Shown here piece after piece: positions 51,399 to 64,000 of a stretch of 64,000 nucleotides of DNA. The stretch is from Chiloscyllium plagiosum (Eukaryota). Within the stretch, counting starts at the first letter, position 1, and the number at the start of each line of letters is the position of its first letter. The stretch spans positions 22,866,567 through 22,930,566 of the forward strand of contig NC_057720.1 in the NCBI RefSeq assembly GCF_004010195.1. Reading direction: 5' to 3'. The notes under the pieces are model-generated. The model did not search any database, was not told the origin of the DNA, and was given only the letters and a program-made list of their open reading frames with translations. The translations under genes and the position numbers were made by a program.

Positions 51399-52799
51399 GA
51401 AATGATTTCCTATTTAAGATGTACTGGCATTGGAGGCAGGCAAGAGAATGTTTATTAGGTTGGTCTCTGGTATAGAGGGATTTTACTTTGGGGAAAGGTT
51501 GTAGTTTGGGCCTATACTCATTGGAGTTGAGAAGAATTTGAGAAATTACCTTATTGAAACATAAGTGGTTTGTCTGCTTGGATAGAGGTTGTTTCCCCTT
51601 GTGGGAGATCCTAAAACTATACAGAATAAAGGGTCATCCATTTAGGACAGAGATGTGGATGAGTTATTTTCTCTCAAAAGGTAGTGAATCTGTGGACTTT
51701 TTTTATGGCAGAGGGTTGCCAAGGCTCAGTGATTAAGTACATTCAAGGCTGAGATTGACAGATTTTTCATCAGTTTGGGGATCAAGTGTAATGGAGAAAG
51801 GGCAGGAAAGTGAGTTGAGGATTATCAGATCAGGCATAGTCTCATTGAAAGACAGAGCAGACTTGGCAGGCTGAATGACCTACTGCTGTTCCTATATTTT
51901 ATGGTCACTGGGAATCCCTTGCAACAAACAGTCCATTTTAAATGACACTCACAACTGCACTGTGGGAATCCAATTCATTTCTGTTAATTAAATGTTCCAT
52001 CTCCCTCTCTGACACAGAGTCAGATTTCCTGACATCCACTACAATAAAACAATATTTTAAAAAACTTCCTTTCCATGACCTGTTTTTCATGCTTAATTAT
52101 TGAACCACTCAATTGACCTGATCTACTGTCAGTTGATAGGGGTCAATGTCAAAGCCATTATTTCAGGTATTAATCCTCCTAGAGGCTCACTATAACACAT
52201 ATTTTCCATTTTTAAGGAAAAATCATCAACAATCAAATTAAGGAGTACCTCCATAGGAAATCTGTCTTTTGTTCAGGGTGGAAATTTCTATTCCCCCTCT
52301 CCGTGTACTCAGCTGAATTTATCTCATTTCGCTGTTTTCTAATTTGCATTAAGACAGAGAAAGCATGTTGATGTGTGGGATTCCTACAATGTTGCTTCCA
52401 TTGGGTCTCATAGAAGCTTCATTGAGTGGCTCCCTACAGAGAGGAGTGACCGATAATTGCAAGCCTCCATAGATTGGAAAATGCTACAACTAGGGTTATT
52501 TTTGGGACAATTTCTCACAGCAGGAGAACACTTTGTTGTAATTATTTTCCAATCTTTTCTTTTTACAGCTGACAAACTGCAACATTAATTTCTTACTACT
52601 TGGATTGTAGCGAGTCAAAACGATTGCTCACCACCAAATTCTGGAGGACAATTAGAGGATGGTAGTAAGTGCCAGCCTTGCTCATGACACTCAGATCCCA
52701 TGAATGAATGGAAAAGATGTGATGCTCCACTTAATAACAAGGGAATACTTTTTCTATGAGGACTGGTAGAGATAGAATAGGAAAGCAAATTTGGGGGAA

Positions 52800-53140
52800 T
52801 GAGAAAGATCCATGTGGCTATGTCAGTCCCAATTGTATGTTCTAGAACTGATATCCCGAGTTTTCAATTGTTCAAACAAGCAGCCTTTGGGTTTTGTCAG
52901 GGATAAAAGCATGATTTGCAAATAGATTCTATAATGAGCACAGCTTTTCTGGTGGCAGTGAAGATGACAGCTGCTCTCACCTTCCATCTTTCTGGTAACT
53001 ATCAGCTTTATGTAGCTTTTACCATAAGCCACAGCCCAGCTACCATATCTAATTGTATAAGCCAGGTGGCAGCTGTTTTACTTAAGGTGGCAGATCAGCA
53101 TATCAATTTTTCTGACAAAGAAAGGAAACTGAACATAGTT
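52800..53140 (+). mobile_element. Harbinger (HARBI1-like) transposase N-terminal relic
   Basis: AFLVAVKMTAALTFHLSGNYQ..SHSPATISNCISQV..VL...ADQHINF resembles the Harbinger HTH region; no DDE domain seen. Confidence 0.6.
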
Positions 53141-54189
53141 TAATCTTCATGCCTTTCTTTTTGTCTTACCCTAGGTCCTGGAATTGACTATTAACAAATC
53201 TGATTAAATGTGTGCACTTCCTTAGGATGCTTTTTATTCCAAATTGGAAGGGGTGTGTACGGTTAATGTAAATAGTCTCTGATAGAGATTAGACATACAC
53301 ACGTGTATTTGTTTATTTCCACTGATCCCTTGATGATGCACTCATTCCTTGGGGTCTACACATTAGGTTGAATAATGATGGGTGACTGATCTTCAGTCCG
53401 ATTCCTCAATGCAAGAAGGTGCTTGGCTGATTTAACCATATCAATATGAATTGAAGAATCAGAAACCGATGTAGAAGAAGTGGGAAAAGTACTGAAAGAA
53501 TAGGAAACAGTGGTTAATATAGAACTCTAGTTAAGTGGAGGTTGAACTCAACTGAAAAATACAAAGCATTATCCACTAAGTATGCTACAAGCTTTTAACA
53601 CTTGTCACATAATTGTAAGACAGATATTGATTTATAACATAATATAATGAAGCTAATTGTACATTGGTATGAATTAATATATAATTACATAATTTTCTGG
53701 CATCTACTGCTAATTATTATGCAATGAACTTGCATGAATTGTATCACAGTACTTATGCATTTTGTCATTTAAATGCATAAATATGGAAATTTTCATAGGA
53801 CAACAGCTGAAGAAACTGTTTGCTGTCTGTACATTGTAGAGATTAATGTAAAATGAATGTCTGAACCACCTGGGACCTCAATGAGTAACATTGCATAATA
53901 GATTCCAAGCTGTTGGTTTAAATGTCTGCATTCAAATAGCTTACTATCAATAGACAGTGCTATAAAGTAAAGCAAGTTTCAATTCATGAGTCATAACAAA
54001 CCTCTCACATGAAAATCTTATCAAAAAATAAGAACTATGTCCAACACATGATTCCTATTATGCCCTTATCTTATTTTTAATAACTTCCTATTGGTTGTAC
54101 AAGGAACATTGACAGTATCCTTATGGTAAAATCAACAACAAGGACTCACTTTTAACGTATAGTGATTTTAATATAGGCAAACATAACAT

Positions 54190-55130
54190 TTTTCAAATGA
54201 GTACAATTAAGCAAAAGCTGATACCGAAATAAATCAGAATATAAGGGGTGAAGGCTTGGTAAAAGAGATAGGTTAAAAGGAGAGCATAAAAGCAGAGAGG
54301 TTAGGAAATCAAGAGGTTTAAAAAGTAGAGTCATTGAGTTAGACCGCTGAAGAGATAATGTTATGCAGTGGAAACGGTAGGCAATGCATAGAGACCAGAG
54401 ATGGAGCAAAGCATAGGGTTTTAGGTTTAGAGAAACTACCAGAAATAGGAATAGAATGGAAATTTAAAAATTTGAACATAAGGATAAGAATTTTTTAATT
54501 GTGATGTTGGTAGGCTTGGAGCCAATGTAGATCAGCAAGCCAAGGTTTGAAAGTGTGAATGAAACTTTGTACAAGTTATGATGGCAGCAGAGTTTGGAAC
54601 AGCTGAAATATATGGCAGGTACAAGATGGGAGACCAGCCAAGAAAGTATTTGAACAGTCATGTCTGGAGGGTACAAAAGCATGAATGAAGCATGAAGCTG
54701 TCAGCTGGCTGAGATAGAAGCAGAGAAGTGTAATATTGAATGTCAGTTCAGAGGTGAAACTAGACATTCTTTGTAATAGGGAATAGGAAGGTTTAGGAGC
54801 ACAACCTATGGGAGATCAGAGATTAAAACAGTTCAGTTTAGCTTTAGGTAAGGTCTGACAGAGGGGTGAAATGGACAGTGTGAAATGGAAGTCATGGTGG
54901 GGAACAAAGGCAATAGCTTTTTCAATACTTAATTTGAGGAAACTATAATTTATCCAGGACCAAACATCAGACAAACAGATTAATAACACATTGACAGTGG
55001 AGGGCTCAAGAAAGATTGTGGTGAAGTGGAGCTAAGTGTCACAACTGAAAATGTGGAATCAAATGCTACGTTTCTAAATTATGTTACCAAGGGGCAGTAT
55101 TTAGATGCGAAATGGGAGGAGACCAAGAAT
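54190..55130 (-). mobile_element. Old L2-like LINE remnant
   Basis: IHAFVPSRHDCSNTFLAGLP (L2-type IHAFV.SRLDY.N.LLAGLP) in ORF 54576-54767. Confidence 0.7.
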
Positions 55131-56369
55131 ATATCCTTGGAGACCTCCAAAAGCCTGTGGCAATGTAAAATATTACCTAAAATATTTAATTCCGTTATGC
55201 AATATCGGTAAATATAATTAATTATACATGAGGACAATGAAGGTGATGAATTATTTAAAAAAGGAAATAGGATGTGCAATTGAAGGAAATAGGTTTGCGG
55301 GGCTATGGGGATAGCACAGTGAAATGAAACTGATTATATTGCTCAATAAAGAGCCAGCACAGATCGATTTGCCAAATTGTCTCCTTCCGTACTGTAATGG
55401 TTTTATGATGCTATGACATGGAAATATTATATGTATCATTCCAATCTGTCTAGATTTTAATAAGTTAGAGTATTTGCACAGTAAATACATTTACAACACT
55501 TACTGAGCATTCATATAATAGTATCAGGACTGCCCTGAGCATGACTCCCATGTATCCTTTTCTATTCTCACTTACTGTTTAAAAAAAAATTGAATCCAGC
55601 CAGCAAGCTAGTGCAATAGAAAACCAACGTTCAGTATGACAGAGTAGGTGAGGACATTTGAACCACCCATCCTAGATGCTGCACTGTATGGGCACGTATG
55701 GAGTCTGTGTCAAATTAGGAAATAGGCAAATTAAATGAATCTCCACAACATTGACTATTGTGTGGCACCCGGCAGGCAGCTCAGGGCTTTTCCAAGATTT
55801 CCCCGGTTGAGCATTGAATCTGAGAGGGCAGAGAAGAAAATATTTGGGGAAAGAATGTGTGCAAAGAATGCCATTCCCTTATTTACAAAGCTAAATAAAT
55901 CACACAGCATATAAAAAACAGCACAAGATTTCTGTTAGCTATTTAGTTTCTCTTGTGAATATTAAATGGAAAATAATTGTTGGAATTATTTTTGAAAAAA
56001 TAACTTACTAGCAATCAACCCTTTCCAAGGTAAAAAGTATATGAAGCTAACTTCATTTTACAAACTTACTTCACTGATTATTATTTCTTACCAAGGTTAT
56101 TGCAAACTTTATGACATTGTATCAATAAGGTCAGGTTTCTATTTATTTGTATTCTTTTCAGTATTTTATTCTACTTTTTCTTCCATTACTGTTCAAGCCA
56201 ATATAAACAATTGGGTGGCATTACTGGCAAGTCCAGAATGTATTGCTTATCCTTAATTGCCCTTAAGTAGTGTCTATGTTTTGACAGTCTACCCAATATA
56301 TTGCTACATCTAGAGATACAGGATTTTGATTCTGCAGTTCAATACCTCGTGGCTGCCCAGTTCGATACA

Positions 56370-56920
56370 CAATTCATTGCCACAGAAGGCTGTGGAGGGC
56401 AGGTTATTGAGTGTATTTAAGACTGATATAGATAGGTTCTTGATTGTCAAGGGTTACGGCGAGAAGGCGGGAAAGTGGGGATGAGAAACTTATCAGATGT
56501 GATTGAATGACAGAACAGACTCAATGGGCTGAATGGCCTTTTGTCTGCTCCTATGTCTTATGGTCTTATGACTTAGTAGTGTTGTCACTGGTGTGGCAAT
56601 CTTGAGCCCCAAGCTAATGCTCTGTGAAAATGGGTTCAAATCCCATCATGGTTGATGTGAAGTTTGCATTCAAAAATAAATTAAAAATCAACACATTCTA
56701 ATGATGGCATCTAGTCATTGCCAAAAATTCATCAGATTCAACATTGTTATTCAGAGGTATCTTTATCTGATCTTGTTTGCATTGACTCCAGAACTACAAC
56801 TATGTGGCTAACTGTTAACTCATCTCTGAAAGGTCCTAGCAAGCCATTCAATTCAAGGGCAACTAGTGATGGGTGAAAAATGCTGGACTTGCCAGGTGTG
56901 CCCACATCCCATGTACAATA
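56370..56920 (+). mobile_element. CR1 3' end (about 56370-56571) followed by a SINE remnant
   Basis: TATGTCTTATGGTCTTATG tail; GGGTTCAAATCC B box; similar to 46568-47105. Confidence 0.75.
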
Positions 56921-56939
56921 TTCAAAACAAAATGACATG

Positions 56940-58850
56940 TGGCTTGCAAGCAGAGTTAGGGTTGATGATTTTCTCATGCACATGTCTTTGTAGGTGCTTG
57001 AGATGCCACTAAAAATGGCTGAGAAACTTGAATTAGTGCATCCTGTGAACAGTACACACTACAACCACAAATGTATGGGGTTCCAGTCAAATGGACTACT
57101 TTGTCCTTATTACTGTCAAGTTTTGAAACTGTTATTCAGCAACACCTAGGCATGTGGAGAGCATTCTATGCACTCTTACCATATGTCATAAGTGGAAAAG
57201 TGTATTTGGAGAGATGGGAGGATAGCCACTTATTCTGATGCTGACCTGTTCTAGGATCCATGGCAGTTATATGGTTAGTGTGGTTGGACTTTTGGTCAGC
57301 GGGACTGAGATATTGCACATGTAGAATTCCCTGAAGAAATGACATTGAATGTTAAGTAGAGTTGGTTCTGCTCTTTCATTTTAGGAAGAGTCGTTGCTTA
57401 GGATTGTGCTTATGTTACTTGTCATTTATCAACTCAAGCCTGATACCCATATGCAAGGATGGACAGTTGCATTATCAAAGGACTTTGTAAATCAGGCTGG
57501 ATGTTAAGTAATCATCAGTGGACATTTCCACTTCCAGTATTTTTATGGCAGCAAGATCATTCATAAAACATCAGAATATAATTAAGCTTGGGGCCTCAGC
57601 TGCCCTGAGGAACTGCTGCATACTGTGTCGGAACATTATTCTTGCACATTTAATCCATCATTAACTGATGGCAACTATCCATTATCTGAGTGGCTCACTT
57701 AGAATGGATTTTGAAATTCTCAAGCTCACGGCACAAACTTTAAATTTCAGCAATAAATTGGCATTCCAGATTCAGAGTAACACTTGTTTCATTGGTAGAA
57801 AAATCCTTCATTAGATAGCTTCATTTGTTTTTTTGTCAGTGTCACTGTAAACTGTCTTCCTGTCTGAGAAAGTTTTTTCTAGCTTGTTCATTTTAATAAT
57901 TGTGGAGGTACAAAAAGGTCCCAAATTATTTAATCTCAAATGCTGAAATATCTCACTTTCAGAAATTTGAATGTGCTAGAGGAGGAAAAAAAATTAAAGT
58001 TGATCTTTACTTTCAGGAGTGAAAGTTGGGTTCGTTGGGAAACAAGATGCATTTTTTGTCTATCCTTAGATGTTATTTATTAGGTAATGGTGGGCCTTCT
58101 TTAACGATTGTAGTCCATGTGATGAAGACACTTCCAAAATCCTGTTAGTTGAACAGCCTTATTTCAAACTTTATGTTCAAGATAAGGTCATTGATTGAGC
58201 AGCTGAAGATGTTTGGACCAGAACATTGCCCCTGCTTTGAACTCCTGCAGTGACATCCTGGGGTTGAAATGATTGACACCCAACATCATCCTTTCCTTTC
58301 AGTCTCAACTTCAACCTATGCAGTGTTTCCTCCAATTCCCACTTCTTTCAATTGTACTAAAGATCCTGGGTGCCACATGAAGTCAACGTTGCTTAGATTT
58401 TGGGAATCTGTGATTTCCTTCTAGAATCCGGTTTGTACTTATATCAGAAGCAAGGCTGAAATGAGGTCCAGAAATGAGTCATCCTGGAAAATCCAACTGA
58501 AAATTGGTGATTAGGTTATTGGTGAATATTGTTGCTCTTTATTGCACTGTTGATGACTCCTTGCCATTTTCTGCAAGTAATCGAGAATAAGCTAGTAGGA
58601 TGGTATTGGATGGATTGGATATATATTATTTTTATGGTCAGGACATAATTGGGCAATTTTCCACACTGCTGGGTAGATGAAACTATTACATCTGTAGTAA
58701 AACTGATTAGTTTGGATTATGGCCAGTTCTGAAACACAGGTCTTCAGTGGAATGTGGTTGATGCTCATTAACTTAGCTGTGTCCAATAAATTCATTGATA
58801 ACTTATAGAGCATTGTGAATTGACCGACCACTATTAACCATAATAGTTAA
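56940..58850 (-). mobile_element. Very decayed L2/CR1-group LINE pieces
   Basis: YPAVWKIAQLCP.HK in ORF 58592-58831; GCAGCTGAAGATGTT block shared with 37876. Confidence 0.5.
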
Positions 58851-58967
58851 GATCATCCTGGTGTCCTATGATAAATGGTTTTCATTCTTTTAGCCTCATC
58901 CAGAATGTCCAGTCAGTTTTATTTTCCTGTTAATGATTTAATCATAACTGGATGCAGGAAAGTCTTC

Positions 58968-59135
58968 CAAAAAGTGTGGTGCTGGAAAAGCACAGCCAGT
59001 CAGGCAGCATGTGAGGAGCAGGAGAATTGATGTTTTGAACATGAGCTGATGAAGAGATTACGCTCAATGTTGATTCTCCTGCACCTCGGATGCTGCCTGA
59101 CCAGCTGTGCTTTTCGAACACTACACTTTTTGACT
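58968..59135. mobile_element. Decayed fold-back hammerhead element, family A
   Basis: Inverted arms around CTGATGAAGAG at about 59046. Confidence 0.75.
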
Positions 59136-62100
59136 ATTGGACTGCAGTTGCTTATCTCTGTCTGTATTGTTATGGTTTTGCAGATTAGCATACATGGAAC
59201 CCTTTTGTAACTTCATTGGAATGATATATCATTTTGACAAACATACAGCACTCTGTACAGTATTTTCATTGAATCAAGGTTATGCTTTATCAATTTATCC
59301 ATTCATTTATCTTTGACCCTGATACATTTTCTACTGACCATATTTTCACTTGCAAACCTTAATCAATACTGTCATTTTCTTGAGGCCACAAATGTTTTGT
59401 AACAGAAATATATTCTGTTTTACATCTGAAAAGGTTGCTCATTTTTAATAAGTATCAGAATTTCTGATAATTGCACTTAGCTTGCTGTCTACTGAAAGCA
59501 ATGGCATTTACATGACAAACCTTTTCTTTCAATGATCTATGTGATTTCTCTGGTGGTTTGATGAATCAATCCAGTGAGAAAATTATATAAACAGTGTTTG
59601 CTCTCTGGAATGCACTGAGATGTGAAAGGATTAATGCAATTGGCCTTTTGCCCCTGAGTTTGGAAGGGGAATTCAACCAGGTTTCTTGTTCCTCATTACC
59701 ATATAATAGTCAATTCTACTGGTAGAAATGTACAAATGCCTTTCCTAAACAATGTTGGGTTCAGTTGCAATACAGCTCATAGACTGAAAATATGCAGTTA
59801 CTTATTAACAACTCAATGCACAAAGCTGATTTAGAACCCATGCAATACACCAATGCTTTCTGGAGAAGAGGACAAAATGTCCAGAAAAACCACAATGTTG
59901 TAATTTTATAACATCACAATTAAAGGGAAGAACAATATTATCTACTTGATGGTCTTCTATTTCATGTCCATTGTTTTTGGATAAAGAGCATCCTTTGGAT
60001 TGCTGCTGCTATAAATTTTGATCTGAGCAATGAGATTATTTTTAATGAAAAATCCAGGTCTACCAGTTTCCGAATTCAAATTTGTTCCACCAAACTGGCT
60101 TTTAAGCAATATTGCTCAACTTGCAGAACATCAACAAACTAATCAAGGCTTTCAACTTTGCCTATATTCATTGATTATTAGACGACCCAACTGAATTTTG
60201 AAAGTTACTGTGAACTATAGCAAACCCCTCTTTTGTGAATTTGTTGAAAATGTCAAACCTTGTTTCTTCTTTTAGTGTTTTGAGAAATTGACTATATTCT
60301 GAAATTGTTTTTCTATTTGTTTTACAATGGTTGCATAAAAGAAAATTGCATTGATGTTGAAGGAACAATCAACTTTATCATCTTTCAGACACTTTGAATT
60401 CTTCTGGCATTGAGCTACAGTATCTTTTACATCAGCTTCCAATTAATACATAAATTGCATCTTTTCTTTGTAATTCCTGGAGGAATTAATGCATTACCTG
60501 AAATTTTTCAGGAAATAAAGAAGATGATGAGCTATTGAATTCTTACATCTGGAAATATAATATCTGTAGAAAAGAATCAATTGCTTATTGTACATGTTTT
60601 CTATGTTGGCCTACACAGCTTCTTAAAGTGTTTATCAAAATATGCATTTAATTTTACTATTTATAAACAGCTAGCATAGTCACTTGTACGCTATTCAATT
60701 ATAAAGACAGTATTTTACAGCTGATTGATGCCTTGACAGAATTGCGCACGATGCACATTTTTTAAGAAACAACTAATGGATCAAATATATATTTAGAACT
60801 AAAGTGGATCTTGCCTCTGGTAGGTCAACAATTAAATCCAAGTCAATTCTTCCGGTTATCTCTCTCCTCCAATAAACAGAATTATTTCCTCCTCACTTTA
60901 AGATGACGAAATGTGATTACTTACCTTAGAATATCAGCATTATACTTCATGTGCCTTTTCTCATCACAAGTGTTTTGATAAATAGATTAAAACCTAATGG
61001 CTGATAGATTGCCTTTGGATTGCTTTGTGTCTGGGGTGCAACAAAGACCACACCACATTATGTTTCCTTCATTTTAGAAATGAGTTAGCCCAGAACTTAG
61101 TCTTCATCTGTTTCTGTTGCATGCTTTCTGTCATTGTATAGTTCAATTTGAGATAGACAGGTTTGAGGTAACATGTAAAACTGTAGCTGTCTCATGCTCA
61201 TACTTATTCAATTTAATTTCCCTGGCATGTTGTTCATTTGATTGCTTCTTACACTTTTCCCCCTTAACTGACATTTTCTTTACTATACAAGTTTGCATCA
61301 TGACTTATGTAATATTGAAATTGATAACTCTGGATGAATCATCTTAATTTGGATGTTTGTGCACAATTTATAAACATATTGTGAATAGTAATAAATGCAT
61401 ATATTACTATGTCGCATATGTTACATAATACAATATAAACATTATCGTACCATTTCTATGCAATGGTCATTACTGATCTTCAAAAGAAATTAAAAAATAA
61501 AACATTTTGATGTAAGCTGGCATCAGTATATTAGTTACCGATAAAAGGTAAGTAAATTATCATATGAAAAATCATCTGTTAGGCTCAATTTTGAATACAG
61601 ATAATTAGGACTAACATTCATGACTGCAACATTAATATATTATAAATCATTACATTGGTCCTGACTTATATTTTCATAGACCTTTCAATACATTTTCCCT
61701 TCTATTATTTGCCATAACATTGATAATACAATATGATGAGCTCCAACTCAGATATATATTTTCACCCATGATTTCCTATATTTCAAGTTTACAGCCTTCG
61801 CTACAAGTAGATGACTGCAAATTAGAAAATTAGAATGACCCATTCCAAGCAAAATTGGAAAAGTTATGGAATTAATTGCCAGACATTTGAGGTCATAACA
61901 ACTGTTTTTAACATCAAATCAGCAAATTAACAGTTGAGAAATAGCACATGACATATCTTTCCAAATGATGTAGCAAAATTAAAGACAGCAAAATATTGTC
62001 TTGTCCCTAAAAACCATGCCCTCATCAATTCATTTATTATATTCTGGTGGATAAATAGACATGTCAAGTTTGGTTTTGTTACAGCATACAAGTTTTAAAT

Positions 62101-63533
62101 TGTTACTTTTGCTTCTTCTATTTTTGTTTCAGTTTCTACATAACAAAATTACCAGCAATTTAAAGGTCCTTATGTTTGAATTTAAACATTGAATACAGTG
62201 CCTCATTTTATAGACAAATATATTGGTATATTCTAAATTTTATATAAGCACCTGAAAATGCTGATACTTTTCAAATTCTGAAAATATTTTAGACTTACAA
62301 ACAATATCATTACTTTTCAAATTCACTTGATCAATTTCCATGGAATAAACTGACTGCAATTTCAGGTGATTCTCGTGGTGTTTCTCATTAGTAAGTTTAC
62401 AATTCATTGTAAAAAAAATAATAATTATAGTCACCTACAATTTCCTGTATTACTTCTGCAATATCCTGCACTATATCTGAACACCTCATTGTTTATGCTT
62501 TGTGATTGTTCTGAATTCACTCAAAATATATTACCTTCACATATTTGGGCCCTCGTTCCTGTTAGTATCAGTTAAGTATTTGTTAACTAGCATACACAAA
62601 TGAACTAAGGGTTGAATGGCTTAGCACACAATGATTCACACATCTATGACTTGAATTCTACTTTACTAAAAATTCTCTATCTTTAGGAGATTTAAGTGAA
62701 GCACCTTTGGCAAGTACTAATTTTCTTTCTTAAAATTCTCCATAATTTGGTGCTAAATGGAACGAAATTGTCGAGGGCCACCTGTAACTTTGTCAGTGCA
62801 ATTTTTGAAATTTCTTACATCTGGCATTCTAATAACTCAGTGTTAGCACACACATTATTGCTGAAATTGGACAAAACGTGCTTCTCTAATTAGGCTGATT
62901 CAATTACTTTATATTGATTTGATTTCTCATGGTTTCACTAAAGTTAAAGGTTTGTACAAATATTAACAGAAATAGAAATAACAAAAGATATTAAAGTTGA
63001 TCAATTGTCTTTTGAAATGTTATTAATTACAGGATTACGGAACTGTTTCTGAACTCTTATCAACATCTTTATGCCTCATTCAACAGTCACAAATATGTTT
63101 TTCAAATCAATTACCAGTAAGTAAATTCTCAATCAAACTGGTTTGGGAGTATGGATTGCTCTAGAGCAGATATTAATATCAGCGTCACAAATGTCAAAGT
63201 TAAAAAAGATGAGCTTGCATTGACTTTATTCGTGACTTTAATGAAATTAGGACTTGATTTTAACAAATATCACACTTTTTTGATGAAAACACATTTAACA
63301 ATAGAACTCAGGCCAGAATGAAACAGTGATGACAATTTTGTTCAAGAAGGCTGACTTCAAATATATCAACAGGCTGGAAAGTGAGATGTAAGTGCGACAA
63401 AATAGTTATTAGTTTACAAAGTTTTTAAAAATCTTTATCACGTCCTGTAGAACCATAGCTGTTGGATTTTAAAGTAGAAATTTGACCCATTTTCACTCGA
63501 TCGTAAAAGCTGATAAGCTGTTTCCAGGATATG

Positions 63534-63740
63534 GGATAGTGGTGCTGGAAGAGCACAGCAGTTCAGGCAGCATCCGAGGAGCAGTAAAATCGATGTTTCA
63601 GGCAAAAGCCCTTCCTGATGAAGGGCTTTTGCCCGAAACATCGATTTTACTGCTCCTCGGATGCTGCCTGAACTGCTGTGCTCTTCCAGCACCACTAATC
63701 CAGAATCTGGTTTCCAGCATCTGCAGTCATTGTTTTTACC
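63534..63740 (+). mobile_element. Young fold-back hammerhead element, family A
   Basis: Arms 63537-63614 and 63620-63697 are reverse complements with one mismatch; TSD CTGTTTCCAG(G/T)ATATG at 63518-63533 and 63741-63756. Confidence 0.9.
63615..63642 (+). ncRNA. Minimal hammerhead ribozyme-like motif
   Basis: CTGATGA-A-GGGC-TTTT-GCCC-GAAA-CA-TC, with CG to CA decay in stem III. Confidence 0.65.
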
Positions 63741-64000
63741 CTGTTTCCAGTATATGTAAATGTGCAGTTTGTGTACTCTACATCAAATGATCATTCAACT
63801 AGCACAAGCCTTCTTACTGAATTGAATAGAATAGGCAATATTACTGTTCAATATACATCAGTTCATCTTTAATATTTTGGTTATTCATGGAGAGAAATAA
63901 ACTTTTCTTGAAGTTATCTCTATCTTTTTTCTTACTCTATTTCTTTCCACCAAGGTTTTTCTAGAACATTTTTGCATTCTGTTTTTCTCAACACATTGCT

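Larger units (their letters stand above)
47920..51905 (+). mobile_element. Two adjacent decayed CR1 ORF2 fragments (about 47920-49810 and 49810-51905)
   Basis: YLDFQK, SGVP/VPQGTVL, KFSDD/KFADA and QRDLGV motifs each occur twice. Confidence 0.85.

Overview
AT-rich, repeat-dense vertebrate DNA with three assembly gaps (4671-4698, 8597-8658, 12801-13194). The repeat set (HE1-like tRNA SINEs, many CR1 LINE fragments, Penelope-like elements) points to a shark or other elasmobranch (inference). I cannot confidently identify any host protein-coding gene. The recognisable ORFs are decayed retroelement RT or endonuclease pieces and the rest look like short chance frames, so the window is probably intronic or intergenic; a few weak minus-strand exon candidates are reported at low confidence. 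The most striking feature is about 17 short elements from at least four sequence families that carry a minimal hammerhead-ribozyme-like motif (CUGANGA, one extra base, hairpin, GAAA, palindromic 4-mer, H), intact in some copies and decayed or truncated in others. Three are joined to GIY-YIG (Penelope-like) ORF remnants. Most of the rest are ORF-less 100-250 bp units, many of them fold-back cassettes with 8-16 bp target-site duplications. Also present: a 2.5 kb 28-bp minisatellite, a Tigger-like DNA transposon, Rex1/Babar, L2-like and Harbinger relics, a YY1-headed and Rex-tailed non-coding element, and two short locally templated duplications. Boundaries of old repeats are approximate, and family names come from motif recognition, not database searches.
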